Assembly (NCBI GenBank): GCA_963805065.1
Contig: CAWDSS010000010.1
Span: 275,696 to 339,695, forward strand
Source: Candidatus Omnitrophota bacterium
Lineage (GTDB): Bacteria > Omnitrophota > Gorgyraeia > Gygaellales > Profunditerraquicolaceae
Length of the DNA stretch: 64,000 nt
Direction: 5' to 3'
Part shown: one piece after another, positions 51,049 through 61,575 of the stretch
How positions within the stretch are numbered: the stretch's first letter is position 1
Layout: the number at the start of each line of letters is the position of its first letter
Notes under the pieces: model-generated
Database searches by the model: none
What the model saw: only the letters and a program-made list of their open reading frames with translations
Told to the model about the DNA's origin: nothing
Position numbers and translations under genes: made by a program

Positions 51049-52569
51049 CTAATTGGTGCGGGGGTTAAGACTTTCTATTTTGTTGAGGGCATTAATATAC
51101 GCCCTTATTGAAGCTTCAATAATATCCGTGCTTGATCCGCGGCTAGTTACAACTTTCCCTTTAGCTTTTAGTTTTACTCCTACCTCACCTAAAGCATCTT
51201 TACCTTTGGTAACTGCCTCAATGCGATAATCCTGCAGATCAACTTTCATGCCGGTAACCTTATCAATTGCCTTAAAACAGGCATCAACCGGACCGTCACC
51301 GAAAGATTTGGCAGAATAAATTTTGTTTTTATACTTAAGCGCAACGCTTCCCGTGGGCTTGATTTTTGAGCCGGAGTTAATTTCAAAACCTTCCAGCTTC
51401 CAAACCGGTTTAACCACCCTGATTTCATCCTCGACCAAAGATACCAAATCGTCGTCGAAGATGTTCTTCTTCTTATCGGCAAGCGCCTTGAAACGTTCGC
51501 TGACTTTATCCAGCTGCTCTGCTGAAAGAGCAAAACCCAATTCTTTCAGGCGGACAAACAATGCATGCCTTCCCGAATGCTTTCCCAGCACAATCCCCGT
51601 CCCGCTAAAACCTACGTCCTCAGGCTGGATAATTTCATAGGTAGTGCGCTCTTTCAATATTCCATCCTGATGAATTCCTGATTCATGGCGAAATGCATTG
51701 CCTCCTACGATAGCTTTATTGGGCGCAACTACAAAACCGGTCAGCTTGCTTACCAGACGAGAAACTTTATAAATATTTTTCGTATTTATACTGGTTTCAA
51801 TTCCGCTAAAAATATCTTTACGCGTCTTTATGCACATAACTATTTCTTCCATGGATGCATTGCCTGCGCGCTCGCCTATACCGTTAATAGTGCACTCAAC
51901 CTGGCGGGCTCCGTTCTTCACTGCCTGCAAAGAATTTGCCACTGCCAGCCCCAGGTCATTATGGCAATGTACGGAAATGACCGCTTTATTGATATTAGGC
52001 ACGTTTTCATTTATGGCCTTGATTAAACTTCCGTATTCCTGCGGCTCTGAAAAACCTACGGTATCCGGTATATTAACAGTGGTAGCGCCAATATCAATAA
52101 CCGACTCAACCACTCTAAACAAGAATTCTCTTTCAGTGCGTGAGGCGTCCTCCGGAGAAAATTCTACGTCCGGGCAGAAGCGCTTTGCGTATTTTACGAG
52201 TTCCACTGCCAGCCTCAATATTTCATCCTCGGCTTTTTTCAATTTATACTGCATGTGTATTTTGGAAGTAGCCAGGAATACATGAATGCGCGGCCTCTTA
52301 GCGAGCTTGACTGCTTCAGCGGCAGCATCAATATCTGCTTTTATTGCCCGCGCCAAGGCGCAAATAACCGGGTTCCTTACTGACTTGGCAATTTGCTTAA
52401 CCGAATCAAGTTCCCCCTTACTGGCAATGGGAAAACCTGCTTCAATTACGTCAACACCCAGTTCAGCCAGAGAATGGGCTATCTCCAACTTTTCAGTGGG
52501 ATTTAAACTTGCTCCCGGCGCCTGCTCTCCGTCGCGCAGCGTTGTATCAAATATTATAATCTTTTCCAT
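51049..52569 (-). CDS. leuA: 2-isopropylmalate synthase
   Basis: 506 aa: IFDTTLRDGEQ, HCHNDLGLAVANSL, and a C-terminal LeuA regulatory domain. Confidence 0.93.
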   Translation of the reverse strand: MEKIIIFDTTLRDGEQAPGASLNPTEKLEIAHSLAELGVDVIEAGFPIASKGELDSVKQIAKSVRNPVICALARAIKADIDAAAEAVKLAKRPRIHVFLATSKIHMQYKLKKAEDEILRLAVELVKYAKRFCPDVEFSPEDASRTEREFLFRVVESVIDIGATTVNIPDTVGFSEPQEYGSLIKAINENVPNINKAVISVHCHNDLGLAVANSLQAVKNGARQVECTINGIGERAGNASMEEIVMCIKTRKDIFSGIETSINTKNIYKVSRLVSKLTGFVVAPNKAIVGGNAFRHESGIHQDGILKERTTYEIIQPEDVGFSGTGIVLGKHSGRHALFVRLKELGFALSAEQLDKVSERFKALADKKKNIFDDDLVSLVEDEIRVVKPVWKLEGFEINSGSKIKPTGSVALKYKNKIYSAKSFGDGPVDACFKAIDKVTGMKVDLQDYRIEAVTKGKDALGEVGVKLKAKGKVVTSRGSSTDIIEASIRAYINALNKIESLNPRTN

Positions 52570-52730
52570 TTGTTAGCTTTCAGCTTTCAGTCTTCAGCTG
52601 ATGGCTGATAGCTGACGACCGATAGTAAACTTCTCTCTTACTTCCTCATCCATGGCATCATTCAAAACAAGCGTTGCCTCTGGCGCTTTACGCTTGTTTT
52701 GTCCTTCGCTCTGCGAAGGATCTCCTTAGC

Positions 52731-53723
52731 TTATTTCTTCATCCAAGGCATCATCTGCCTAAGTTGTTTTCCCACCTTCTCTATCTGGTGCTCATCGCCT
52801 TCCTGTAGCAATTTATTGAAATTTGGCCTGCCGGATTCATTCTCTTTAATCCATTCACGTGCGAATCTACCCGTCTGTATCTGTTTTAGCATCTTTTTCA
52901 TTTCTTTTCTGGTTCTCTCGGTAATTATCCTTTTACCCCTGGTTAAATCTCCGTAACAAGCGGTATTAGAAACCCTACGGCGCATCCCGCTGATTCCAAA
53001 CTCCTGAATTAAATCAGTAATCAGTTTTAATTCATGCAAAACTTCAAAATATGCGATTTCGGGTTGATAACCGGCTTCTACTAATGTATCGAACCCTGCT
53101 TTGATTAATTCACTCACTCCGCCGCAAAGCACAGCCTGCTCGCCAAAAAGATCGGTTTCTGTTTCCTCTTTGAATGTAGTTTCAATTACGCCTGCCCTTG
53201 TTGCACGAAGCGCCTTTGCATAAGCTAAAGCCAGGTTCAAAGCATCTCCGGTAGCATTCTGAAAAACCGCAACTAGCGAAGGAACACCCTTGCCTTCTTC
53301 ATACATTCTTCTCACTAAAGCGCCCGGCCCCTTAGGAGCAACCATAAATACATCTACGGTCTTAGGGGGCTTTATCTGTTTAAAGTGAATATTAAATCCG
53401 TGAGAAAAACAAAGTGCCTTGCCTTTTTTTAAATTTGGTTTTATGGATTCTTTATAAACTTTTGCCTGGACATGATCCTGAGTTAAAATCTGGATGATGT
53501 CAGCTGCTTTTGCCGCTTCTTGCGCAGAAACCGGCAGGAATCCGTCTTGTTTTGCCAGTTCAAAATTAGGGGTGCCCGGCATTTCCGAAACCACTACCCT
53601 GCAGCCTGAATCGCGTAAACACAGCGATTGTCCCCTTCCCTGAATGCCATAACCGATTATGGCAATTGTCTTGTCTTTTAATAAATTTAAATCCGCGTCG
53701 TTGTCATAGTAAACTTTAATCAT
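52731..53723 (-). CDS. ilvC: ketol-acid reductoisomerase
   Basis: 330 aa: [36 protein letters not shown]. Confidence 0.95.
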   Translation of the reverse strand: MIKVYYDNDADLNLLKDKTIAIIGYGIQGRGQSLCLRDSGCRVVVSEMPGTPNFELAKQDGFLPVSAQEAAKAADIIQILTQDHVQAKVYKESIKPNLKKGKALCFSHGFNIHFKQIKPPKTVDVFMVAPKGPGALVRRMYEEGKGVPSLVAVFQNATGDALNLALAYAKALRATRAGVIETTFKEETETDLFGEQAVLCGGVSELIKAGFDTLVEAGYQPEIAYFEVLHELKLITDLIQEFGISGMRRRVSNTACYGDLTRGKRIITERTRKEMKKMLKQIQTGRFAREWIKENESGRPNFNKLLQEGDEHQIEKVGKQLRQMMPWMKK

Positions 53724-53741
53724 CTTTTTTACCCTCCACTT

Positions 53742-54215
53742 TTAACTTGCCACTGCAACTCTACCTGTCCTTGCCAACTCCTTAATCCCAAACTCCTTCA
53801 ATTTCTCAAGAAGATCCTTAATCTGCGTTTGATCGCCTACTGCTTCAATAATCGCGGTATCGCCTTTATGCTGAACGATCTTTCCCACGTATTTATTGAA
53901 TATCCCTTCTAACTTGGCTTTTTCTTTTGTGCTATAAATAACTTTTGCCAGAATGAGCTCACGGTCAACATGCTCTTTCTTGGTAAAATCCGTGACGATA
54001 ATCACATCAATCAATTTATTAAGCTGCTTTTTTATCTGCTCAAGGATTTTTTCGTCCTTAGCCTCTACCACTATAGTCATATAGGAAATAGAGGGATCCA
54101 GTGTCTCGCTGACTGATAAAGATGCGATATTATAACCCCGCGCGCTAAACAGGCCTGCTATGCGCGCTAAAACTCCGAATTTATTTTCTACTAAGACAGA
54201 TATTGTGTGCCTCAT
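53742..54215 (-). CDS. ilvN: acetolactate synthase small (regulatory) subunit
   Basis: 157 aa with an ACT domain: HTISVLVENKFGVLARIAGLFSARGYNI. Confidence 0.9.
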   Translation of the reverse strand: MRHTISVLVENKFGVLARIAGLFSARGYNIASLSVSETLDPSISYMTIVVEAKDEKILEQIKKQLNKLIDVIIVTDFTKKEHVDRELILAKVIYSTKEKAKLEGIFNKYVGKIVQHKGDTAIIEAVGDQTQIKDLLEKLKEFGIKELARTGRVAVAS

Positions 54216-55882
54216 TATGCTAACCCGCCTATTATCTTATTAATCGCTTCTCCCGCCGGCACCATAGGAAATACATTTTCCTCCGGTTCAACGTGAAAAT
54301 CCAGAAAAACACGTATTATCCGTTGCTATTGCCTTTTCAATAGCCGGCCGCACTTCTTCTTTTTTTGTGACTTTTATTCCCACCGCCCCGTAGCTTTCGG
54401 CTAAGTTTGACAAAATCCGGGCTGGTAATACAGACCTGGGAATAACGCTTTTTGTAAAAAAGCTCCTGCCATTGCCTTACCATCCCCAAATATCCGTTAT
54501 TTAAAATCGCCACCTTCACGTTTATTTTATTACACACACAGGTACCTAATTCCTGAATATTCATCTGGATTGACCCGTCTCCGGCAATATCAAACACGTT
54601 TTTCTCCGGGCAACCCATTTTGCTCCCATGGCAGCGGGAAAACCAAAACCCATAGTGCCTAACCCGCCCGAAGAAATAAACGTACGCGGGGTCTTATATT
54701 TATACCACTGCGCAGCCCACATCTGATTCTGGCCAACTTCAGTAGTAATAATCGCATTACCCTTTGTAGCTTCATAAATTTGCTCAACCACGATATTGCG
54801 GCCTAAGCCTATCATCCTTCTTGTATTGCAAAGGGTATTTTTTCTTCCAGGCCTCTATGGTCTTAAGCCACTCTCCAGTATCGGGTGATTTTTTAACCTG
54901 TTCCAGTAATTCACCTAAAATATTCTTAGCATCACCGACTATAGGCATATCCACTCTCACGTTTTTGCTGATTGATGAGGGATCGATATCAATATGGATG
55001 ATCTTTGCATAGGGCGCAAATGCATCGAGCCTGCCGGTTACGCGGTCATCAAAACGCGCACCAACCGCAATGATTAAATCCGATTCCATTATGGCATGAT
55101 TCGCATAGGCAGTCCCATGCATGCCTAGCATTCCCAAAGACAATTCATGGTCTGCGGGAAAACCACCTATCCCCATAAGCGTCCAAGTTAAAGGCGCTTT
55201 TATTTTTTCCGCTAATTTTCTTAATTCTTTGTGCGCGCCGGAAGTAATTACTCCTCCGCCGATATAAAGAATGGGTTTCTTGGCGAAAGATATAAGTTTA
55301 GCTGCTTTTTTAATCTGCCCGGGATGGCCAAAATACGTAGGTTTGTAACTGCGCATTTCCACGGTTTCCGGCCAGATAAATTCCGTATCAGCCAGCTGAA
55401 TATCAGAAGGAATATCAATAACCACAGGACCGGGCCTTCCGGTTGATGCAATATAAAAATGCCTCGCGCACAATCCTGGCTAAATCTTTTACGTCTTTTA
55501 CCAGATAATTATGCTTGGTTATCGGACGGGTAATCCCGGTGACATCGGCTTCCTGAAACGCGTCATTGCCGATTAAGAATGTTTTTACCTGTCCGGTAAT
55601 CGCCACCATGGGAATTGAATCCATGTAGGCATTGGCAATGCCGGTAGTAAGGTTAGTTGCTCCCGGTCCTGAGGTAGCAATACAAACTCCTACTTTGCCG
55701 GTTGCGCGCGAGTAACCATCAGCAGCATGTGCTGCCCCCTGCTCATGGCGCACCAGGATAAACTTTAAATCAGAATCATAGAGTTTATCAAAAATAGGCA
55801 AAACCTGGCCGCCGGGGTATCCGAATACAACTTCAACCCCTTCGCGCTTCAAACATTCAAGTAAAATCTGTGAACCATTCAT
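54215..55882 (-). pseudogene. ilvB: acetolactate synthase large subunit, broken by at least five frameshifts
   Basis: The fragments are 55415..55882, 54784..55473, 54561..54815, 54337..54618 and an unlisted tail 54215-54340 ending ...NKIIGGLA, with a TAATG overlap onto ilvN. Concatenated, they give a colinear AHAS sequence ([40 protein letters not shown]). Confidence 0.85.
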
Positions 55883-55983
55883 AATTATCTTTATCCTTCC
55901 AATACAGAATGAACCAAAGTTTTGCGTTTTTACTTTTACGTTTTAAGTTTATTTCAATATCGCTCCTTTATCCGCTGAACTTA

Positions 55984-57599
55984 CTAATTGGAATACCTCT
56001 TTAGATATCCTGTCTTTATCTTCGGAGGAACCGGCTTCCAGGTTTTAAATCTCTTTTGTATTTCTGATTGAGTAAGTTTTACTTCCAATTTTCTATTGGG
56101 TATATCGATTGTTATTTTATCACCATCTTTTAAAATTGCAATCGGGCCGCCGCTTGAAGCCTCGGGAGAAACATGGCCTATGCAAGGCCCTTTTGTGCCT
56201 CCGGAGAATCTTCCGTCAGTAATCAAGGCTACCGAATCAGCCAGGCCCATGCCCACAATTGCCGAAGTAGGCGCCAGCATCTCACGCATGCCTGGGCCGC
56301 CGCTTGGGCCTTCATAACGGATAACTATCACATCCCCGCTTTTGATTTTCTTATTTAAAATTGCCTGCATGGCTTCTTCTTCCCGGTTAAATACGCGTGC
56401 CTTACCGCTAAACTTAATCATTTTTGCGCTTACTGCGGATTGCTTCACCACAGCCCCTCCAGGAGCCAGATTTCCGTACAAAACCGCAATCCCTCCCTGC
56501 TTATGGTAGGCATTATTTAAAGGCCTTATTACGTCTTCATCAAAAATTTCTGCCGCGTTAGCAATATTAAATATTTTTTCGCCGCTTACAGTTGCAGTAT
56601 TGTTCAATTTATTTTTCAACCTCTTTAGCACCGCAGGAATTCCTCCGGCATATTCCAAATCTTCCATAAAATGCTCGCCGCTGGCTCCAGGTTTGTAATA
56701 TGCGGGGTCTTTTTGCTGACATCGTCAAAGGTTTTGAGATCCAATTTAATCCCTGCTTCATTTGCAATAGCCATAAGGTGTAAAACCGTGTTGCTTGAGC
56801 CTCCTAAAGCCATATCAACCACGATTGCATTATGTAAAGAATCTTTCGTGATTATATCTTTTGGTTTGATATCTTTTTTCACTAATTCCACAATGCGCTC
56901 ACCACTTGCCTGTGCAATGCGCCTCTTTTTTGCAGACACTGCTAGTGCCGTGGCGCAACCCGGCATAGACATGCCTAAGGTTTCTGTGATGCAAGCCATG
57001 GTATTAGCTGTATACAAACCCTGGCAAGAACCTGCTCCCGGGCAAGCCTCCATTTCCAAACACACCAATTCCTCGGGAGAAATATCCCCATTTTTGGCGC
57101 GCGCTAATGCTTCATAGGTATCGTGCACAAAAGCTAACTTTTTCTGGCGGAAACGGCCGGATAACATTGGTCCGGCAGTAACGATAATCGCAGGGATATT
57201 TAAACGTGCCACTCCCATAAGCATGCCGGGAGTAATCTTATCGCAATTTGTCAGGCAGATTATTCCGTCCAGGCTATGTGCATTACACACTGTTTCAATA
57301 GTGTCTGCCACAATCTCTCTTAGCGCCAAAGGATAGCACATCCCTAAATGGCCCATGGCAATCCCGTCGCAAATGCCCGGCACTCCGAAGAAAAACGGCA
57401 CACCTTGACCGTAACAAACACCGCGTTCAATGAAACGCTCAAGGTCCCGCATTCCGATATGTCCGGGAATTAAATCAGTAAATGATGTGGCGACACCTAT
57501 AAAAGGCCTGCCTAAATCCTTTCTGCTTAATCCGGTTGCATGTAAAAGTGCGCGGTGAGGTACACGTTCAAGTCCTTTTTTGATTTTGTCTGAACGCAT
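55984..57599 (-). pseudogene. ilvD: dihydroxy-acid dehydratase, broken by one frameshift
   Basis: ORFs 56625..57599 and 55984..56667 overlap and are colinear with IlvD ([21 protein letters not shown], ...[21 protein letters not shown]...). One nucleotide appears to be missing near 56674-56686. Confidence 0.85.
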
Positions 57600-57640
57600 G
57601 TTTTTCTCCCTGTTAAAAACTACAAGTTAACGTAAAACGT

Positions 57641-57687
57641 AAAGCGTAAAACTCAAAACTGAAACTTAAAACAAAAACGTTTTGAGT
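57641..57687 (-). terminator. terminator-like hairpin after fba
   Basis: The minus strand has ACTCAAAAC, a 19-nt loop and GTTTTGAGT, followed by TTTACGCTTT. Confidence 0.45.
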
Positions 57688-57738
57688 CTTTACAGAATGA
57701 ACCTTAGTTTTGCCTTTTGACTTTTGCGTTTTGAACTC

Positions 57739-59061
57739 TTAGTCTGCTCCTTCGCTGTCATGCATTACCTTTGATTCTTCGCGTTTACGCACGATAACCC
57801 TCTTTAGGGTTATGTATTTATCCACGAGCTCTTTATTATTCACGGCATTGAGCTGCTTGAAAAGAAAATCAAATTTCTGCTCAATTTCCCGGGCAATCGC
57901 ATCCCTGGTGTCTTGAGGTAAACCTATAATCTCTTTTTTAAACGGCCCCAGTGCTTTTTTACGGGTCTTATAAATAAATTGCTCCTCAGTCTCGTCTTCT
58001 TTCTTTTCTGAAGCAGCGTTGACTTTCAGCCATTCGTAAATTTTCGCCTTAAGTTCAGCAGGAAAATGCTTGCTTTCATAAATCATGTTCTGAAATTCTG
58101 TTGCCAAATGCACCTCTATAGCTTCACATTCAGCGAATTTATGGAATGCCTCAGCAGGCAAGGTTGAGGCACCATGCTGCACTGCTCCGCCTAATCCATA
58201 TTCTTTCCTGGCTATTTCTGATAATGCCTTTAATGTATCGAAATCAAGCTTAACCTGTGCAACTGTACCGTCGGGCAAAACTACCCCTCCGTGCGAAGTT
58301 CCGGTCTGAATGGAAATCTTGCTTATGCCTGCCAGGCCTTTGCGTAACCTTTCTTTAAAACCAGCCATAAACGCGTGCAAATCTTCGGGAGTTGAATTTT
58401 GATGGCCGACCTCTCCTATTTCTCCTCCTACAGAAACCGTAATGCCTTTTGGCTCAATACGGCGGATAAACTGGGTAAGCTTGGCGCATACTTCATAATT
58501 AGACTTCTGTTGCTTTTTGATATCAGGCTTAGATAAATCCACTAAAGTGGATGAATCAATGTCAATGTTATAAAAGCCGCAAGCTATTGCATCGGCAATC
58601 ACATTCTGCAGAGTTTCTAATTCCTTGTCGGGGTTCTCCTGGAATTTCTTGGCATTAGCCTGGGTATGATCTGCCTGAATGAAAACAGGGCCCCTGTAAC
58701 CTTCTTTTAAGGCTGCTGCCAATATTACTGCAGAGTATTCCAGCGGCGGCTGATTAGTATAGCCCATTTCGGATTTGGCAATTTCAAAAATAAATGCGCC
58801 GGAATTATTTTTGTTCGCCACTCTAAATAGTGCCTTGGCCAAATCATAAGTCATGCTTCTTAAATTTATTGCCGGCACGGTAAACCCGTGGAATTCCTGC
58901 CTTCCTCTTGCCATATAGAATTCATGAATGCTCGAAGGATAAATCCCTTTCTTATATGCCATATCAAATATTTTTTTAGCGGTTTTCTTTTTTGTTTCCT
59001 GATCATCGCTCATAATTAATTCCATCGCGATTTTGTCAATATCCAGCGGCTTCCTTCCCAT
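57739..59061 (-). CDS. fba: class II fructose-1,6-bisphosphate aldolase (long form)
   Basis: 440 aa: FIQADHTQ, SVGGEIGEVG, TGTSHGG, HGASTLP. Confidence 0.88.
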   Translation of the reverse strand: MGRKPLDIDKIAMELIMSDDQETKKKTAKKIFDMAYKKGIYPSSIHEFYMARGRQEFHGFTVPAINLRSMTYDLAKALFRVANKNNSGAFIFEIAKSEMGYTNQPPLEYSAVILAAALKEGYRGPVFIQADHTQANAKKFQENPDKELETLQNVIADAIACGFYNIDIDSSTLVDLSKPDIKKQQKSNYEVCAKLTQFIRRIEPKGITVSVGGEIGEVGHQNSTPEDLHAFMAGFKERLRKGLAGISKISIQTGTSHGGVVLPDGTVAQVKLDFDTLKALSEIARKEYGLGGAVQHGASTLPAEAFHKFAECEAIEVHLATEFQNMIYESKHFPAELKAKIYEWLKVNAASEKKEDETEEQFIYKTRKKALGPFKKEIIGLPQDTRDAIAREIEQKFDFLFKQLNAVNNKELVDKYITLKRVIVRKREESKVMHDSEGAD

Positions 59062-59076
59062 GTTACCTTTCCCCCT

Positions 59077-60039
59077 TTAAGTTAATATTTTAAGCAGATC
59101 GTATAACCTGTCTACCTCTAATTCTTTTTTCGTAACTGCATGTTCCAATTCAACCGTGATTATTTCACTGTCTTTAGTCGCTACTGCCTTATCGGTCCCT
59201 CCCTGTAATAAATGTTGAACTGCGGCATTCCCCAGCCTGGCGGCAAGAGTCCTGCTGAAAGCAGTGGGCCTGCCGCCTCTCTGGATATGGCCTAAAACCA
59301 CATCACGCGTTTCTAAACTCGTGATATCACTTATCTTTTTGGCAATATCTTCTGCCTTGCCAGCGCCTTCTGCTAACACGATAATCCAGCTGATTTTGCC
59401 GCGTATGTTGCCTTGCACAATACTATGGCATATGCTTTCCATGTCAAGTTTCTTCTCGGGGATTATTACGTCTTCGCAGCCGCCTGCCAAAGCTACCTGC
59501 AAAGCAATGTAACCTGATTCGCGGCCCATAACTTCAACCACAAAAATTCTCTCCATGGAACTCGCAGTATCGCGGATATTATCAATAGCGAAAAGCGCGG
59601 TATTCAATGCAGTATCTAAGCCTATGGTCATTTCTATGCCGTTTATGTCGTTGTCAATGGAGGCCGGTATTCCCATGCAGGGAAATTTATATTTTTTATA
59701 AAATTCGTGTGCGCCACGGAAACTGCCGTTTCCTCCGATAACAATCATCCCGTCTATGTAATTATTTTTTAAGGTGTTGTATGCCCTATCCTGGCCTTCT
59801 TTGGTTTCAAATTGAGGGCAGCGCATGGTCTTAAGTATTGTTCCGCCCTGGTTGATAATCCCGGATATGGAACGATGGTCCAGGGGTTTAAGTTCCTCAT
59901 TAATTAAACCCCAATAACCGCGTAATACCCCTACTACCTCTATCTTGTTATTCAAGGCAGTCCGCGCTGCTGCGCGTATTGCAGCGTTCATTCCCGGCGC
60001 ATCACCGCCGGTCGTAAGAATCGCAATTTTTTTAATCAT
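59077..60039 (-). CDS. pfkA: ATP-dependent 6-phosphofructokinase
   Basis: 320 aa: TTGGDAPGMNAAIR, GGNGS, PASIDND, MGRESG, LGHIQRGG. Confidence 0.93.
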   Translation of the reverse strand: MIKKIAILTTGGDAPGMNAAIRAAARTALNNKIEVVGVLRGYWGLINEELKPLDHRSISGIINQGGTILKTMRCPQFETKEGQDRAYNTLKNNYIDGMIVIGGNGSFRGAHEFYKKYKFPCMGIPASIDNDINGIEMTIGLDTALNTALFAIDNIRDTASSMERIFVVEVMGRESGYIALQVALAGGCEDVIIPEKKLDMESICHSIVQGNIRGKISWIIVLAEGAGKAEDIAKKISDITSLETRDVVLGHIQRGGRPTAFSRTLAARLGNAAVQHLLQGGTDKAVATKDSEIITVELEHAVTKKELEVDRLYDLLKILT

Positions 60040-60104
60040 CGTACACTACCTATTATTATAACTTACTGTGTAACGTTTAAGGTGTAATGTGTAACGTGGG
60101 TAAA

Positions 60105-60169
60105 GAAAAGGGGACGTTTCTATTTTTCTTCTAATTAGGAAACGTTAAAAATAGAAACGTCCCCTTTTC
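60105..60169 (-). terminator. GGGGACG hairpin family copy 3 (terminator-like)
   Basis: A 23-bp stem, GAAAAGGGGACGTTTCTATTTTT / AAAAATAGAAACGTCCCCTTTTC. On the minus strand a T-rich tail (TTTACCC) follows. It is embedded in a larger imperfect GTGTAA-word palindrome. Confidence 0.6.
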
Positions 60170-60309
60170 TTTACTTTATTTTGCATTACACTGGCATTAC
60201 ACACTTTACACATTAAACGATTCTATGTGCCTATTTCTGAAATGAAACCAGCCTTTGGCGTTTTGGTTTCATTTCACCCTTTCCTCTGGAAAGGACCTTT
60301 ATGAAGTTA

Positions 60310-61566
60310 TTACGTTCCTATTTCCCAACTAGCCAAATACTTTTTCTGTTCTTTGGTTAATGTGTCTATCTTAATCCCCAGTGATTTTAATTTTAAGCTG
60401 GCAATATTCTTATCGATATTCTCCGGGACTTTATAAACCTGCCTGTTTAATTTTTTGTAATTTCCTGCCAAGTATTGCGCAGATAACGCCTGATTAGCAA
60501 ATGACATATCCATAACACTTGCCGGATGGCCTTCAGCAGCAGCTAAATTTATCAGGCGGCCTTCGCCTAAAAGATAAATTTTACGCCCGTCTCTTAGAAT
60601 ATATTCTTCTACAAAATCGCGGATAACTTTTCTTCTTTTGCTTAATTTCTGCAATCCTGGAATATCCAATTCCACATTAAAATGCCCCGAGTTACAAACT
60701 ATTGCGCCGTCTTTCATTAATTTAAAGTGCTCTTTTCTTATAACATTTATATCGCCGGTTACCGTAACAAAAACATCCCCGATTTTAGCAGCTTCTCTTA
60801 TCGGCATAATTCTAAAACCATCCATATTCGCTTCTAAGGCACGCAGCGGATTGACTTCTACCACAATTACCTTAGCACCCATACCTTTAGCGCGCATAGC
60901 AGTTCCTTTTCCGCACCAGCCATAGCCACAGACCACAAAATTTGCACCGGCTAATAATTTATTCGTTGCCCTTATTATGCCGTCTAGCGTAGATTGGCCT
61001 GTGCCATAACGATTATCAAACAGATGCTTAGTCTGGGCATCGTTAACCGCAATTATGGGATAGCGTAATTTGCCTTCACTGGCCAAGGCCCTTAAGCGTA
61101 TGACGCCTGTGGTTGTCTCTTCGGTCCCGCCGATAATATTATTGTGTGTAGAAATCGGGCGTTGATGAATAGTGCTGACTAAATCCGCGCCATCATCCAT
61201 AGTGATATCGGGCTTGGCACTTAAAGCAGATTTTATATGGCTATAATAAGTTTTAGTATCCTCACCCTTGATTGCAAAGACACTAATTTTTAAATCCTTG
61301 ACCAAAGATGCGGCAACGTCGTCTTGCGTAGACAATGGGTTAGAGGCGCAGACAAATACTTGTGCTCCTCCTGCTTTTAAGACTTCAGACAATACGCCTG
61401 TTTCAGTAGTAACATGCAAACACGCAGCTATCTTAAGCCCTTTTAAAGGTCTAACTTTTCTGAATTGCTGTTTTATCAGGCTTAAAACAGGCATATTATT
61501 CCTTGCCCACTCTATTCTTGACGCGCCCTTCTTAGCTAAATTGATATTCTTGATGTCGTATCTCAT
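60310..61566 (-). CDS. ahcY: adenosylhomocysteinase
   Basis: 418 aa: [40 protein letters not shown]. Confidence 0.95.
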   Translation of the reverse strand: MRYDIKNINLAKKGASRIEWARNNMPVLSLIKQQFRKVRPLKGLKIAACLHVTTETGVLSEVLKAGGAQVFVCASNPLSTQDDVAASLVKDLKISVFAIKGEDTKTYYSHIKSALSAKPDITMDDGADLVSTIHQRPISTHNNIIGGTEETTTGVIRLRALASEGKLRYPIIAVNDAQTKHLFDNRYGTGQSTLDGIIRATNKLLAGANFVVCGYGWCGKGTAMRAKGMGAKVIVVEVNPLRALEANMDGFRIMPIREAAKIGDVFVTVTGDINVIRKEHFKLMKDGAIVCNSGHFNVELDIPGLQKLSKRRKVIRDFVEEYILRDGRKIYLLGEGRLINLAAAEGHPASVMDMSFANQALSAQYLAGNYKKLNRQVYKVPENIDKNIASLKLKSLGIKIDTLTKEQKKYLASWEIGT

Positions 61567-61575
61567 GCAATCTCC

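Noticed and set aside
52640-52700. A possible leader peptide (MDEEVREKFTIGRQLSAIS) and hairpins between ilvC and leuA, acting as a leucine attenuator.
   Set aside because: The peptide has no run of Leu/Ile/Val codons. The hairpins (TCCTTCGC/GCGAAGGA and CAAAACAAGCG/CGCTTGTTTTG) look like an ilvC terminator followed by word-repeat spacer rather than a terminator/antiterminator pair.
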